Of a stretch of 64,000 nucleotides of DNA, positions 1-13,780 are shown in pieces. The stretch's first letter is position 1. Every line of letters starts with the position of its first letter. The notes below the pieces were generated by a model, which was not told where the DNA came from, did no database searches, and saw nothing but the letters and a program-made list of their open reading frames with translations. The position numbers and the translations under genes were made by a program. The stretch is from Mytilus trossulus. Lineage: Eukaryota. The DNA lies in contig NW_026963318.1 in assembly GCF_036588685.1 (NCBI RefSeq), forward strand, positions 1,674,001 through 1,738,000. The letters run 5' to 3'.

Positions 1-1172
1 AAAAACAAATGTTAATTTTAAGGACTTTGTTACCAGCTTTTTCTATACGAGAACAGAGTTCATATTGAACTGAGCTGCCAAAAGTCACGCATAGGCATTC
101 TGATTTTTATCACCGATAAAACTTGCCATTATATAACCATACGAAGATATTGTAAGTGGCTTGAACGAGTGTTCATTGCATTAACGGAAATTTATTAGTA
201 TTCTTTGAGTCAACAACTATTCGAGCTCACTATGACTTTTATAAATTCACAAAAAACTATGTAAACTATACATTTACAAGTGCAACCATCTTTTTAAGTT
301 TTTATTACACAGCCGTCACGCTGTGCAAACTTAACGGCGCACATTCGGAATTGCGGATGTAACGTTTGGACTTTGGTTAGAGCTTATCATTTAGATGCTT
401 GAATATTTTTTAAAAAGAACATTATCTAACCGATTACGTGAACTCTTTACAGATATTGCAGAAGTGTGAAAGGATTTTTTAAAGATTATTTTCTAAGTTA
501 AATATGTCATATATCAACGTAAGTATTTTTTTTCGAACTAAGATCAACACAAAACATGTATTATGTTTTATCTTTGGACAAAATTATAGAAAATAAAAAA
601 AAAACTTTTTGAAAAATCCTTTTCTACATAAGGCTATCAACTGAAGGTGAAAATGTCACAGAAAGGTTAAGGAACAGTTCTAACAGACAAACCCAAATGT
701 TTAAAGTGATAGACTGCTTAGTTACAGACGAATGCTGAAGGAAAAAAAAAGACATTACGATAAAAACAAATACGATAACAAAATATTAATGCAATCCAAA
801 CTTTTGGAGTGCAAAGTCAATCATAAAAAAGGATAAATATTATCTAGGAAAAAAGGATATATGGAAATGTTATTTTCTTCACAAAGAAGAGACCCTTATT
901 GAACTAGACTTTACTCTTACAAATGACCAATGGAATCTGACTGGACTTAACTGATGCGCCTGACTTAACATCGCTTATATCTTTTTCTAAACAAATTTTC
1001 ACCTTTATTCTTTTGAAGAGAATGTTTCATTTGTTTTATAAATTATATAATGATAATGTACATGAATTCATCTGTCATTGCATGCTGATTAAGCGACATA
1101 AAACATGACATAACAGTTGTCGTAATAGATGGTTAAACACAAACTGAGTATGTATATTCATGGGAGACCTTT

Positions 1173-1441
1173 CACTTGACAGACACGATGAGCCAGATTT
1201 TTAACGTGCTAGTTAAGAAGGTTGACAGTTCGCAGCAAGACATACCATCTTCTTGGATTAGTTATTCTAACTGCGAGAGGTGACCAGTCTTAAATGCCGC
1301 GTGCGTAGCGGAAAAGCAGTAAATAGTAAATAGTCACCAAATACTAATACTAAAGTCTTTGCTTTGACCCGGTTGAAAATGGTTGAAAATAGAACCTACG
1401 ACCTCAAGCACTCGAGACGAACACACTACTATGAAACCACA
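1173..1441 (-). mobile_element. V-domain-type tRNA-derived SINE, degraded
   Basis: Minus strand has a tRNA-like head (GTGGT...GAGGTCGTAGGTTC), then CCGGGTCAAAGCAAAGACT...CTGCTTTTCCGCTACGCACGCGGCATTTAAG, resembling the V-SINE domain as I recall it. Related copy at 5050-5195. Confidence 0.6.
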
Positions 1442-1469
1442 ATGCAAATGGTTGTTGAATTGATTTATA

Positions 1470-1628
1470 TTTGTCATTTCGGGCCTTTTATAACTGATTA
1501 TACGGTAAGGGCTATGCTAGTTGTTGAAGGCCGTACGATGACCTATAGTTGTTAATTTCTATGTCATTTGGTATTTTGTGGAGAGTTTTCACATTGGCAA
1601 TTATACCACAATTTCTTTTTTTATATTT
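1470..1628 (-). repeat. High-copy dispersed repeat family R1, fragment
   Basis: Reverse complement of the ...ACAACTATAGGTCACCGTACGGCCTTCAACAATGAG... core seen more than 10 times in this window. Confidence 0.8.
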
Positions 1629-1664
1629 TCTGGTTTTTTTTTTTATGTGTCTTATATATAAATT

Positions 1665-2090
1665 TTTGATGCAACACCTTTGGTGTCTTTGGTCTTCCCT
1701 AAACATGTATACATTAAAAATAAAATTGTAATTTGCTCTTAAAAGAACTACACGCAACATATATCCATTATAATTTTAAGCAAGTTTCTCTGTTTAAATG
1801 TGAATCGATGACGAGTTCTAGTATGACGAATTTATCTATTATGCAATAATTACCACTTAATAAATTAAACACCTTGCCCTATTATCTCACACATTATAGT
1901 TAGAATAAAATTTATATTTGAAAACGGTGGGGTGTGATGTGGTTTCCTTTGACTTGGATGCAGACCGATATAACCAGTGTAGATTAAACTGGCTTATTTA
2001 AAGATATACCAACCTGTTTGACAGTTCTGGAAGATGAAGGAAAAAGTATTGTTTGTTTTAAGGCAGTTGGCTTCTCAGTTTCACAATAAC
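1665..2090. promoter_or_regulatory. Repeated non-coding module E, copy 1
   Basis: Aligns by eye with six other copies. TGTGGT Runx-type site at 1938-1943 and TTATCT GATA-type site. Confidence 0.45.
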
Positions 2091-2149
2091 TAACGTTTCA
2101 AAATACTAACATATATATATATATATATTGATAGGGAATTAATAAAGGA

Positions 2150-2467
2150 ATCAAAAAAGCTAACACAATATGTAGGTCACCATACGTGTTTTCGAGGTAT
2201 TAGCCTTGACATTTTGGCGGGAAAATGTTATCTCTTGACTTTGCATAGCTTTATCATTGAGAAGTTTAAATCCTCAAGAAACCAATAAAAAATAATTAAA
2301 AAAATATAAGACTGTAACAGACAGCTTATTTATATATACGTAAAAGAATTATAAAAGGAAAAATGGGGGTCAGCGGGCAAAATTTGTTAAGGCAGTCAAA
2401 TGGATAAAACCTAAGGATTCCGAAAATCTGACCAAAATTCCAAACCATAACAAGCGATCTTCCTTAA
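2150..2467. mobile_element. Truncated TTAA-terminated MITE (Kolobok-like end)
   Basis: Ends in CAAGCGATCTTCC-TTAA and is absent from paralogous blocks. Only one terminus is recognisable. Confidence 0.4.
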
Positions 2468-3191
2468 CATGGCAGTTTCTCAATTAATGTACATGGGATT
2501 ATACTAATTAGAAGTGCCCGTTGATTTTTTTGTGATGTTATCTGTATCGAATTAAAAAGAATAAAATATGATTTTTTTTTCTATCAGCCATATGTCTTTA
2601 TTTGTCGATGGATTAATGCTAAACGTCCATCGACAAATATTTAAGGCTTAGCATGTAAAACATATTAACAAAATCAATCATAAAAAATTCACCCGTATAA
2701 TCTTATATAACACTTATTTAATACTGATATCTATGAATAGTTTAGTTTATCTAACAAACACAAATAGCGAATATTATTTTCCTGACAAAATGGAAACCCT
2801 GATTTAACTGATCTTATTCTTCGAAATAACCAATGGATTCTGACTGGACTGAACTGTTGATCTTGATAAAACATGCTTATACTTTTTCTTTTACAAAATC
2901 ACCTTTATTCTATTGAATTTGAAAAATCCACTTGTTAAATGAATTACCAAATTGTTAAGTATAGGAATAAATCTGTCATCGCATGTTTGTAAAGCGACAT
3001 ATATTATTGCCTCAAAAATAAGAGTTGTCGCAACATATGCTTAAAACAAACTAAGTAAAGTTTGGCCTGTCTAATTTCTGTATACGACTTTGTGTTTTGT
3101 CTGTCCTGTCTCGCTTGATATTTCTAATATATTGTCCATTGCAAAAGTCATGTATTTGTTTGGTGTTATGATTGAATCTGGAACAATCTTG

Positions 3192-3452
3192 AAATAGTAA
3201 ATTAACTCATCATAGATACCAGGACTAAATTTTATATATACCCCAGAACGCTCGTTTCGTCCACAAAAGACTCATCAGTGACGCTCGAATCCAAAAGAAG
3301 TTTTAAAAAGCCAAATTAAGTACAAAATTGAAGAGCATTGAGAATCAAAATTCTTAAAAGTGTTGCCAAATACAGCTAAGGTAATCTATGCCTGAGGTAG
3401 AAAAGCTTTAGGATTTCCCAAAAATTAAAATTAAAATTTTGTAAACAGTTAA
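3192..3452 (+). repeat. Dispersed repeat family R2
   Basis: AAGACTCATCAGTGACGC...TTGAAGAGCATTGAG...AAGGTAATCTATG is shared with 33205-33352, 41228-41508 and 51568-51907. Confidence 0.8.
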
Positions 3453-3535
3453 GTAATTGTTAGAAATTAAGACCAAAACCTGCAGTAATTAGATTTTTTT
3501 TCAAGCCCCCACTTGTTGTAATCAAACAGATATAG

Positions 3536-3880
3536 ACGAGCCGTGGTGTAGTCCATCAGACTACAAACACAAAGGTTCCTGGTTCGATTCCCGTTCCGAG
3601 ATGAACATTCCAGGGACAGAATTTTCGGCTCTTTCTTGACACCATTTGCGAGTATGGTCTTGAGATATTGATGATAGTCCGTCGGAAGTGGACGATAAAT
3701 GACTGACCTGTGTTAAGAGAAAGCTATATCTCTTGCACGTAAACGACATCCTCGTAGATTTCGAAACAGAGCAGGCTTTTGCCGGTACAAGGTATCACTC
3801 GTAACCGCCAAGTGGAAGGGATTAATATAAGTTACAAAACTTCTTTCCCAATCCACTATGAATAAATATGTTGAATCTAC
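3536..3880 (+). mobile_element. tRNA-derived SINE with Deu/Nin-like central domain and 10-bp TSD
   Basis: A-box-like TGGTGTAGT (3544-3552) and B-box GGTTCGATTCC (3581-3591). Central GTCCGTCGGAAGTGGACGATAAA...GCACGTAAA...GAGCAGG. Flanking direct repeat ACAGATATAG at 3526-3535 and 3881-3890. Confidence 0.8.
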
Positions 3881-4049
3881 ACAGATATAGCTTTAAAACA
3901 TTAGGAAAAGTTAAATAAATCACTACAACTCAACATCTAAAATTGTAAGTCTTGAAATTGTGAATTCTACTTTAACACCATCCAATTGAGATGGTGACGG
4001 GTTGCTGATAAATGTCCATGGGCAAATTAATAGGCATATTCAGAATATT

Positions 4050-4660
4050 ATTAGTTACGTTGGGTACTAGTTACTTAATACGATATACATGGCGTCAATA
4101 AATTTCATAGGTGATGAGATCGAAGCTCGAATCCTCATATGGAAATTACTGCCCCTACATATATCTTATAAGGCCACTAACACACTATGTATAACGAATT
4201 ATCTTACCGACTATCTTACCATGTGCGACTAGTGGCTTATCAAGGGAATGAAGTCTTCAATACCGTTACAATTAAAACCTATTGCTATTGGCCTACACAA
4301 AATGCCAACAATAGCAACTTGTTAACTTTAAAATGTTTTTTTATGAATTTATCTTCATCGTTCATCAATACTTTCTTCGTCTGTTGAAACTTTTATGATT
4401 TTTTCATCGGCACGTTTTTTTAAAGGTACGTAACACCATTACTAATTATGTACTGAAATAAGCCACGTATACTTATCTGATATGGAACCCTACTAACCTA
4501 ATACGGAATATACATGGTCAACACGTGATTGCTTTTAACCAAGCATATTCTAAGAAATGTATAGGAGATAAGCTAATATAATTTTTATTGTTTGCTACTG
4601 ACCCCATAAGGATCCATAGAGGGTTAATAAAATCCATAGGGGATGAGGCCGTAGGCAGTA
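4050..4660. mobile_element. Hairpin-bearing non-autonomous element (family H), degraded copy
   Basis: Homologous to 24760-25345 and 36245-36830; inverted arms around a CGAAGCTCGAATCC loop. Confidence 0.65.
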
Positions 4661-4696
4661 TACAGCAAGTTGTATCATATTACCTGTATATATGTA

Positions 4697-5042
4697 TATA
4701 AGATGTGGTATGATTGCCAATGATACAACTGTCCACAAGAGACCAAAATGACACAGACACTAATAACAATAGGTTACCGCACAGCCTTCAACAATGAGCT
4801 AAGCCCATACCGCATACATTTGTAGTCAGGTATGAAAGACCTCGATATGACAATGTAAAACAATTCAAACGAGAAAACTAACGGTCTTATTTATAAAAAA
4901 AGAATGAACAAAAAACAAATACGTCACACATAAACAAACGACAACCACTGAATTACAGGCTCCTGGCGTGGGACAAGCACATACATAAATATTGTGGCGG
5001 GATTAAACATGTTAGCGGGATCACATCCCTCCCCCTAACCTG
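4697..5042 (+). repeat. Dispersed repeat family R1, long copy
   Basis: AAGATGTGGTATGATTGCCAATGA...ACAGGCTCCTG; matches other R1 copies. Confidence 0.85.
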
Positions 5043-5049
5043 TATACAT

Positions 5050-5195
5050 TATTCTCACTCTGAGTAGAGCATCCTTTGCTCCTTTCCTTTAATGCTGCGT
5101 GCTTCGCAGCGAATGAGCCGATACTTGTCTAAAAACATTTTTGACCCGAACGAGGTTAAAGCCCACGACCTCTAGCATCAAGAGGAGAATATGTT
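5050..5195 (-). mobile_element. V-type SINE fragment
   Basis: TTTAATGCTGCGTGCTTCGCAGCGAA...TTTGACCCGAA...CCCACGACCTC is similar to 1173-1441. Confidence 0.55.
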
Positions 5196-5204
5196 ACCGA
5201 TGAT

Positions 5205-5600
5205 ATTTGATGTATTTCTTATCTATGCAACACTTTTGGTGTCATTAGTTTTCCCTACACATGTTCAACCTAAAAATGAAATCGTATTTTGCACTTCAAA
5301 GAACTACACGCGATTTGTATAAGATATAACACGTAGGTCTTCTCTGTTAAAGTTTGATTTAATGATGAATACTACATTGTAGTATACAGAATGTATTCTG
5401 AAATACACAAATTACCACCTTTGAATGAGTCAAACGCCTGTTACTTATCAGCTCACACATTGTATTTAGAATAACAGTTATTTTTGAAAATTGCGGGAGT
5501 TAAATGCGGTTTCTTTTGGTGGCAGTCAGAACGACATAATAATGATAGTTTAAACTGGTTTATTTAAACACATAATACCCGTTTGACAGTTTTGGTCAAA
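5205..5600. promoter_or_regulatory. Module E, copy 2
   Basis: CTTATCAGCTCACACAT and TGCGGT (5505-5510); closest to copy 1. Confidence 0.45.
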
Positions 5601-5717
5601 AAGTCACACAAAGTTGTTTACACGGACATTCTACATTTTAAAACCGACAAAACTGGCCATAATCATGATAATACACCTGTGCGAACATATAGAAAGTGTA
5701 ATATGATTTGTACATCA

Positions 5718-5906
5718 ATAAGGCCGTTAGTTGTCACGTTTCAAATGTTTTAATTTTGTAATTTCGGGGCCTTTTATAGCTGACTAAGCGGTATTAGCTT
5801 TGCTCACTGTTGAAGACCGTTCGGTGACCTATAGTTGTTAATTTCTATGCCATTTAGTCTCTTGTTGAGAGGTCTTTCATAGGTAATCATACCATATCTT
5901 CTATTT
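5718..5906 (-). repeat. Dispersed repeat family R1
   Basis: Reverse complement of the R1 core. Confidence 0.8.
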
Positions 5907-5949
5907 TCACATTACAAGTTATTATTGCAGCATTGCCTACATTTAATTT

Positions 5950-7030
5950 ATATTCTATAGTCCACGACAATTCAAAATAACTATAATATTACTGTTTGTG
6001 CTTCCTTCACGGAAAAATGCTGAATTCCGTTTTTTACGTTTGAGCCTTGCTTAGAGCTTACCTATCAGTTGTTGGTTTACTTTTATATATGATCTAATCT
6101 CTCTATTACGTGAACTCTTAACAGATAGCACAGAAGTGTGAAAGAAAAAAGTTATCTTTGAGTGTTTATTTTCAAAACTCGAATATGTCACATATCAATC
6201 TAGATTTTTCCGAAATTAAGATTACAAAAAACACGTTTCCGTGTTTCACTAAAAACGAGAGAATTAAACCTACAGGAGGCTTTCAACTCTAGATGAAAAT
6301 GTGACAATAAGGTCAACGGAAGATGGCTTAACAGACAAAACCAGGTGTTTAAAGTGTTGACTTGTTGAGTTATAGATGAATAAAGTAGAATACAGACATG
6401 AAGATTAACAAAATTAAATTTAATCTGATCCAGAATTCAGGAGTGCAAAGCCAATCATAAAAACTGTAAAATCTTATAGCAAATATTATTATCAAGACTA
6501 AATCATGAAAAATGAAAACCTGCTTTGTCTGGACTTCACTCTTGGAAATGACAAATGGAATCTTACTGGACCTTTTTGATTTACCACTATAGCATATATT
6601 ATTCTAATGACAAAACGTAACACCCTGCTTTAAATAGACTTGACTTTCTTGTTTTTTTCTTTACACCATATCACCTTTATTCTTTCAAATTTCAAAACTC
6701 TATATGTACATATGTATGATGAATTTTAAATTGGTTAAGTAAAGGAACAAATATGTCATTACATGCTGATAAAACGACAGATAATACTACTTAAAAAATA
6801 GCAGTTGAAATAATATAAACACACAAACTGAGTATGCATTTACATTTCACATTGCAGAGGTTAGTATGTCGATTTCCCGTATATCGTTTGTGTTGTGGCT
6901 TTCCGGTCTCGCTATATATCACTAGCAGCATGTCTTTTAACACATGTATTTGTCTATCGTTATGAATAAATCTTGAAAAATCTTATGATACATGTAGTTA
7001 TCAATAACTAATCAAAGACAATTTATGAAG
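5950..7030. repeat. Segmental repeat block P/Q of the short left-hand unit
   Basis: TTACGTGAACTC, AATGGAATCT..CTGGAC and TGTCATxxCATG blocks are shared with ~300-1160, partly with 2700-3195 and, in degraded form, with 8900-9760. Confidence 0.75.
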
Positions 7031-7559
7031 GTATCATAAGGTTTGTCTACTGTTAGTACATACGATTCATTGATTTTTAAATATGATTGTATGCTAGATA
7101 TGTTGTTACATTTTCTACTTTAAAATCATTTGACTTACATTAACACCAGTTACGTAACCGTCTTGTATTTCACTACTTTCCGATTATAAAAACTGCACGT
7201 GTCGTTAAGATTGTAAAATGTTTCACACGAAGATGGAAATAAATCAACCAATATGTTTGAAGTCAGTAGTAACATAGAAATCTAAGAAACCGTAGTAGTT
7301 TTAGTGCTTCTCGGTGTATTCAACTTTATTATTTTTGAAGTAATACGCTATAGCTTTCAAAGTTCGATGAATGTAAAATTAAGAATTACTTTTTGTATAT
7401 TAAACCGTCGACTATACAAATACAAATAGGGGACAACTAGGGGACAGTACACATAAATCATACTTATCAGTTATCTTCAGATTCATTTGACCTATTGCAC
7501 ACCTATATTTGTCTGGTATTACAATGTGGTATAAGTATTATATATATAACATTAATTAG

Positions 7560-8000
7560 ATAACTCTAATTTGTTTCATTCTGAAGCAATGCTGTGTATT
7601 ATTAATCAATTATTTAATGAATTGATTACACCATGTGAATCAGTTAGAATCAGGAACACGTGGTAACTATCAGCTAACACATTATATGTTGACGAATGAA
7701 ATTAAAGTTGAATTTGTGAGGTTTCCTAAAGTGGTACATATTCCCTAGCTTATATCCCTTTGATGTGGTTCTTTTGGTAGCGGTTGTTGAATGACATATC
7801 ATATTATAATGATAGGTAAATGTAACCCGAAGAACATGTAACATAAAGAAGACGAAATTATTGATACTTCTTGTAGATGAAAGAAGTATTGTTTTAACTT
7901 ATCAAAATTCTATTGTATTTGCACAGGGTTTAATAAAATTTAATTTAGCAAATGCATGCTTTCACCAATACTATTTTGTGATATTGACGTGTGTTCAAAA
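7560..8000. promoter_or_regulatory. Module E, copy 3
   Basis: CCATGTGAATC, CTATCAGCTAACACAT, TGTGGT (7764-7769) and CTTATCAAAATTC. Confidence 0.45.
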
Positions 8001-10149
8001 ATGAAGATGACCAATGCCAAAAAATTACAATGGCATTATTAAAGATTTCATTAAAATCAAGCTGTCTAGTATATTCCATGGGTTATTCACAAGTGACGAA
8101 AATCTATGTTTATCTAATTTTAACCAGATTAGTATTTATCCCCGACCTGTTGATTATTTTGTTTTCAGGCTAGGAACGTATCTTAAAATATTTATGAAAT
8201 TTAAGATACTAGATCGAAACGCTGATTTGTAACGTTCTGAGTAAGATAACAATCAATAAGACGATAAGTCAACTTAACTGGACAAATCATTCTGACCCGG
8301 AGTATAAAAGTGCTCGTACTCTTTACTGCTACGTAATTATTAAACAACTGTGTTTTGATATGAACGAGGGTCCAACCCATAATATGCCATGTTTGAAGCT
8401 ACATGTATGCACACTTTACACTGACACACCAATCGAGCCAAATTTGATTTCAATATACATGTTTTTTAGATCCTTAAGATCAGTTTTAGTGTTTCATTAA
8501 TCTCTACATTCAAGCCGGTAACCTCATTTTAACGAGACGCAGTCGAGTGCGATTGTCTAGTGGTCTAAAAAAACATTAAAAAAGGTAAATTTAACCATAC
8601 AATGAAAAAAGACAGTTTAAAGTATTTGTTGTAAACTTTCCCAATACTGAGACAAGTGTTTTCGACAGCAATGGATGCACATTGACATTGATGTCAGATA
8701 ACATCACAAACGAAAACATATTGAAAAAAGGTAGCTGTAGAAGATATGTTGTGCAACCAAAAAAAAAAAAAGAAAAAAAAAAAAAAGTCGCAATCTCTTC
8801 GTATCTGTAGGAAGGACTGTAACGCTGCAATATTGATTTATGGATAAGCGCGAAATTGTGGAAGCAAGTGACTGTCCTGTCACTTCAGATTTCTCACGTT
8901 AATTCAGCCTCAATAACAATTCGGTTAGTTATTTGTTTTCTTTTGAAAATTATGTAATCGATTATAACATATGACATAGAAGGTAGAAACGGCTATACAT
9001 CAATGTCTATTGTTAATTTGATAGTTTACATATGGATAAAGATTATCATGATTATTTTTCCAAACTTAGACACAAGAATCATTTCAATCTCTCTACACAG
9101 AAAACTCGAGAATAAAAAGACGTTTAAAAACTGGCAGCAACAACAAAACATGAAAGTAATTGTGGAGGGGCAAAATTACCTGGTTTAACTTTCAACTACA
9201 TATGTTTAAAGTAATACATGATTTATGTATAGCTAATAGAGTAGAAGACAGATATTCAGATATAACAACATATAAAAATAAAATTGAATCCGAGCCTGAT
9301 TTAAGACACACAACCTCGTGGAATCTGTGTTAGGAAACGCCACTGTATATCGCATTTACTTTGATAGCAACCCACATGATCAGTAGTTTGAACTGTTGAT
9401 CCTAACAGGAAAACGCTTTATAATTCTATCTATGCAAGATACCATTTTAATTGTTTTGAATTTGAAACTTTTATATCTTCTGTCATCGCAAGCAGGAAAA
9501 GGGACAAAAAATATCACTTACAAACCAGATACGAAACACAAACTAAATATGCACAGGAGAGGTATTATGCAAGATAATGTACAATAATATGTATATATGT
9601 TTTGCCTGTCCTGTCTTGTTGCGAGTTAACTCATGTTTGCTTTGCTATTGTCTTCTTGTAGACCCGATTGCTTTGCGTAATAAATGAATACAAAATTAAA
9701 ATCTTGAAAAATCTTTTAACCTTAGTGAATAAACTATCAAAGACAAACAATGATGTGTATACCACTAATTTGGTGTAATCACACACATAACCAGCAAAAA
9801 GGGCAAACATGTCAAACGGTGTTTACAAATTAAAAAAATCATTAGATAACTAGAAATCAAACCTTGTAAATACGTATGCTACTTTTAAACCATGAAAATT
9901 ATAGTTTTTGTTAGTTTCATTTTTTTTGTTATTCATTTTGGTTTTTATTCAATATCATTATTGATTGCTATGTTGTTTTTATTTATTAATTTTATGCATG
10001 CAGCAAAATATTTTGTATGTTTGTAAACAATGCAACATTTCAATTGTCAGATATAGCTCCTACACCATAAATTGAAATCCCAACGTGTTCTTCATGTACA
10101 AGATGTAATCACAATTTGCATTACAGATACATGTAGTATTGAATGCATC

Positions 10150-10520
10150 TGCTATGTCGAGATCTGAATTAATACTGATACTGTGTATATTAAGAATAAA
10201 TTCTTTAATGCATTAATTAACACATGTGAATCAGTGAAATAGATAACGTTGTACTCATCAGCTAACACCTTTAAATTAGGAATGAAATTTAAATTTCATC
10301 TACATGGATTTCCAGTGTGGTGAAGATTCGCTATCATACATCACTTTATTGTGGTTTCTTTAAGAGTGGTGTAGAACAACCTCATGACACTGTGTGTATA
10401 TCAAAAGAAAATAAAATGGTTGGTTAAATCAAGATTCCATTGTGCATAGGTTTTTAAGAATTTAGATTGGCAAAACAAGGCCCACTGAAATTCTTTTGTG
10501 TTATTGACGCATGTTAACAA
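10150..10520. promoter_or_regulatory. Module E, copy 4
   Basis: CACATGTGAATC, ATCAGCTAACAC, TGGATTTCCA and TGTGGT (10350-10355). Confidence 0.45.
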
Positions 10521-10539
10521 TTATTTTTGTGAACTGAAA

Positions 10540-13500
10540 CTCAAACTAGGGAAAAATAAACCATTCACTGAAAAATTAAGAAAAACATGGAATATCTGTT
10601 AATAAACTATAAAATATCTTGCTGTTTTAAAATGTTATGTATTGTGTAAAATAGTAACAATCTAACTTAATGACGACTAGAATATATCAGAAAACACAGA
10701 ACAGATTGGAAAACAAGTGAAAATGGCACAAGTATATTTTTGTCTAAAAAGTAACGTATCAGTCTCAAATGCGTTCTAAGGACCGTTTTAAACTTGAAGT
10801 GAGGTGGCAGTAATTGTTTGCTTCATGTTGAGGCTTCACTGTGACTTTGAGGCGGAAAACAGCAATAGAAGCGTTATGCCTTGAATTTTCGTTCATCCTT
10901 TGTTATGCATATAAAAACAAGATTTGGTGGGATTGCAAATGAGACAACACTCCACAAGATGCAAAAATGACACAGAAATTGTGGTTACCGCACGGCCTTA
11001 AAAAATGAGCAAAACCCATACCGCATAGTATAGTCAGCCACAACAGGCCCCGAAATCACAATTTAAAACATTCAAACGAGAAAACGCACGGCTTTATTTA
11101 CATAACAAGATTAACGAAAATCAAACATGTAACACAGTAACAAACGACAACCACCGACTTACAGGCTCCTGACTTTGGACAGACATACCCTTTTGTGTCA
11201 TGGATAGATACCCCATATCATATGACTTTCTATTTTAACAGTTTATGTACAGTAAAGTTTTTCTTTATTTCCGACCAATTCGTAAATCTCAGTCAATGAT
11301 TTAAAGTGATAAGTTTCCTAACGTTAGATTCCGACACCCGGAATTAATTATCAGTTAGTAATGCATAGTTCTATTACAATTTCTGGAATAAGAGCCGACC
11401 TTTAAAACTTCAAGTGTTGGCAAGGTTACACAAAGTTGCAAACGAAGATGTAAATAATTCAACCACTTTGTTTGAAGTTTGTATTAAAAATTGAAATCGA
11501 ATAACTTATAGTTATGTTAGTGCTTCTCGGCTTATTGAACTAGCGTAAGTTAGTAGTAAACAGTATTCAAAGATTAAGGAAAGTTAATTTATGTGTATAT
11601 AAAACATTCGAATTAATATAAATAAGGGACAGTACACTATCATAGGTCATCTTAACCACATGTAATCTTGTATTAAAGTATGTTACTATACAAAATAAGA
11701 TGTAAAATAAAACATAACACTTATTCAATTAGCTTACTCGTGTTGTCCTTCTAATATCCTGTTTATATTATGAGAAAACGGCAATCTTCAAATTACTACT
11801 TACACAGAAGTTCAATTGGTGTCATCGTCATTGTTTGCGTAAAAAATCAAAGCAATTACTTGAGAAAAGAGAGAAATTAACATTACATTAACACTGAACT
11901 AATTAAGTTTTCACTTTGAACATTAGATGTATATTTATCGATATTATCTACATGTATAATCGTATAACAGAACATTGATTTAGTTTGCCGTAAGATTAAA
12001 TGCTTGTTTACAATTTAATTTTTATGAACACAGGCTAGAAATTTATGCAGAATCACATTTTCACCTCACAACGTAACGTTAAAGTAGGAAGCACTCAGTC
12101 CTTATAATTACTTATTGATGTTACATAAGTTGCAATAAAATTAAAAATTATAGTAAATTAATGTTTGCTTTAATATACAATGTTGTGAAGTTGTCATGAA
12201 AAGCACGATCTGCCAAGAATTTTGAATTTTATTTAAAACTTCAATTTTCCATTGGAAAGTTTCGCGATTGTTTATGAAAAGTACGGACCTTCGTGAAACA
12301 TATATGTAATGTAATTATTGCATCATATTCATATGATGGCATGTCTGTATCATGAATTCGAATTTTCCAAGGACCAAGATCAAATGTGTATCATTTAATT
12401 CTGACGTAATGCATGTACAATTTCTCATTAAGAAAAATAATAAGACAGTCATATTAAATTGCCGCTCATTGGCAGAAAATTTCTTGTACGATCAAATGGC
12501 ACTTGGTATTTACCGTAACAGTAAAATTATCGGTATTATTTAACAGTCATGATCAGTTGCAAGAAAGTAACATGCACCAATTATATATCATTTGAAGCAA
12601 TAGCTTTGCTAACGCTAGACTTATTGATAAAGAGAAGGTTATTGTTGTAAATTTGCCGCCCCAATGTTAAGTATGTACACAAATAACGTTGTTTATCTTG
12701 ACTTTAATCAAATCGTGATAAAGTATTATGCAAAAGCAATACAACACATTCTATAAAATATACTCTTGACGATTTACAGAACTTAGAGCATTGAATTTAT
12801 TGACTTGCTCATTTGTTGAAGACTGTATGCTGTCCTTACGATATATTATGGTTTGTTTTGTTGTTTGATTGCTGTTTCATTTTATAACAGCCCACATCTG
12901 CCTTTGCTAAAACTCATCTAATTAGAATCACCCAAAGATCTCTTGAAAATTTCATTCACATATTTGCAAGTCAGATAACTCTATAACTTTTAAATTAAAT
13001 TCACGTCTTTAGTTTTTATTTTCATAATATTCTGATGTTGGAACTGAACTCTATGTACTCTAACAATGATATGAATATTTTTTGTGCAAATCCAATACTT
13101 CTTTCGATAATATCTTCACGTGCATTACGTTAAGAAATATGTTGAAAATACATCATATAGTTATTATGTTTATCAACAATGCATCGCAAAAGATCATTTT
13201 GGATCATTGATATGATCTCTTTTCTGTTGTATGTAAACTAATGATGTTTAAGAAAGCTACTTACTAAAGTTGTACTGTGCATATGTTGCAGTTCAAATAG
13301 ATTCACACAATAAAAGAGACAAATGAGATGTAAAGGAAATTCCAACTCGTGATAGGGCTGTTAACAATTCTTTGCAACAAGTTACCTCAATGAGGTGTTT
13401 TAGAGGTTAAGCACTACGACAGCATATACATATAGTTAGGATTGGAACAAATTACACATTGCAAACAAATTAAGTATAACCTAAAGATATTGAATTTATT

Positions 13501-13780
13501 TGACATTTATTAAGTAAGTGGACAATTAACGACACGAAGATCATCTAATTAGCGCTATAAAACCTCACAACGAGCTATTAAGTTAAACTCGTTCACTAGG
13601 TTATGTAATATACATTTTCTAATTGAATGGAATCGTTACTGGGAAAGCTTATCTCCGATTTTTGTAGCTACAACCATTAACTTAAACCATTCTGGGATTC
13701 ATGAATAAGTTCAAATCTGCACAGGTATGTGTAAGCTCACACAATGGTGACTAATCATAGAAATAATTGCTATTTTAAAC
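10540..13780. repeat. Partial (exon-less) copy of the long tandem unit
   Basis: Same ordered blocks as 15500-19080, 25620-29750 and 47900-50950, e.g. TGAAGTTGTCATGAAAA, TTTACCGTA..AGACTTATTGATAA and AAACCTCACAACGAG. Confidence 0.8.
10912..11188 (+). repeat. Dispersed repeat family R1 insertion
   Basis: R1 core; absent from the paralogous site near 15840. Confidence 0.8.
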
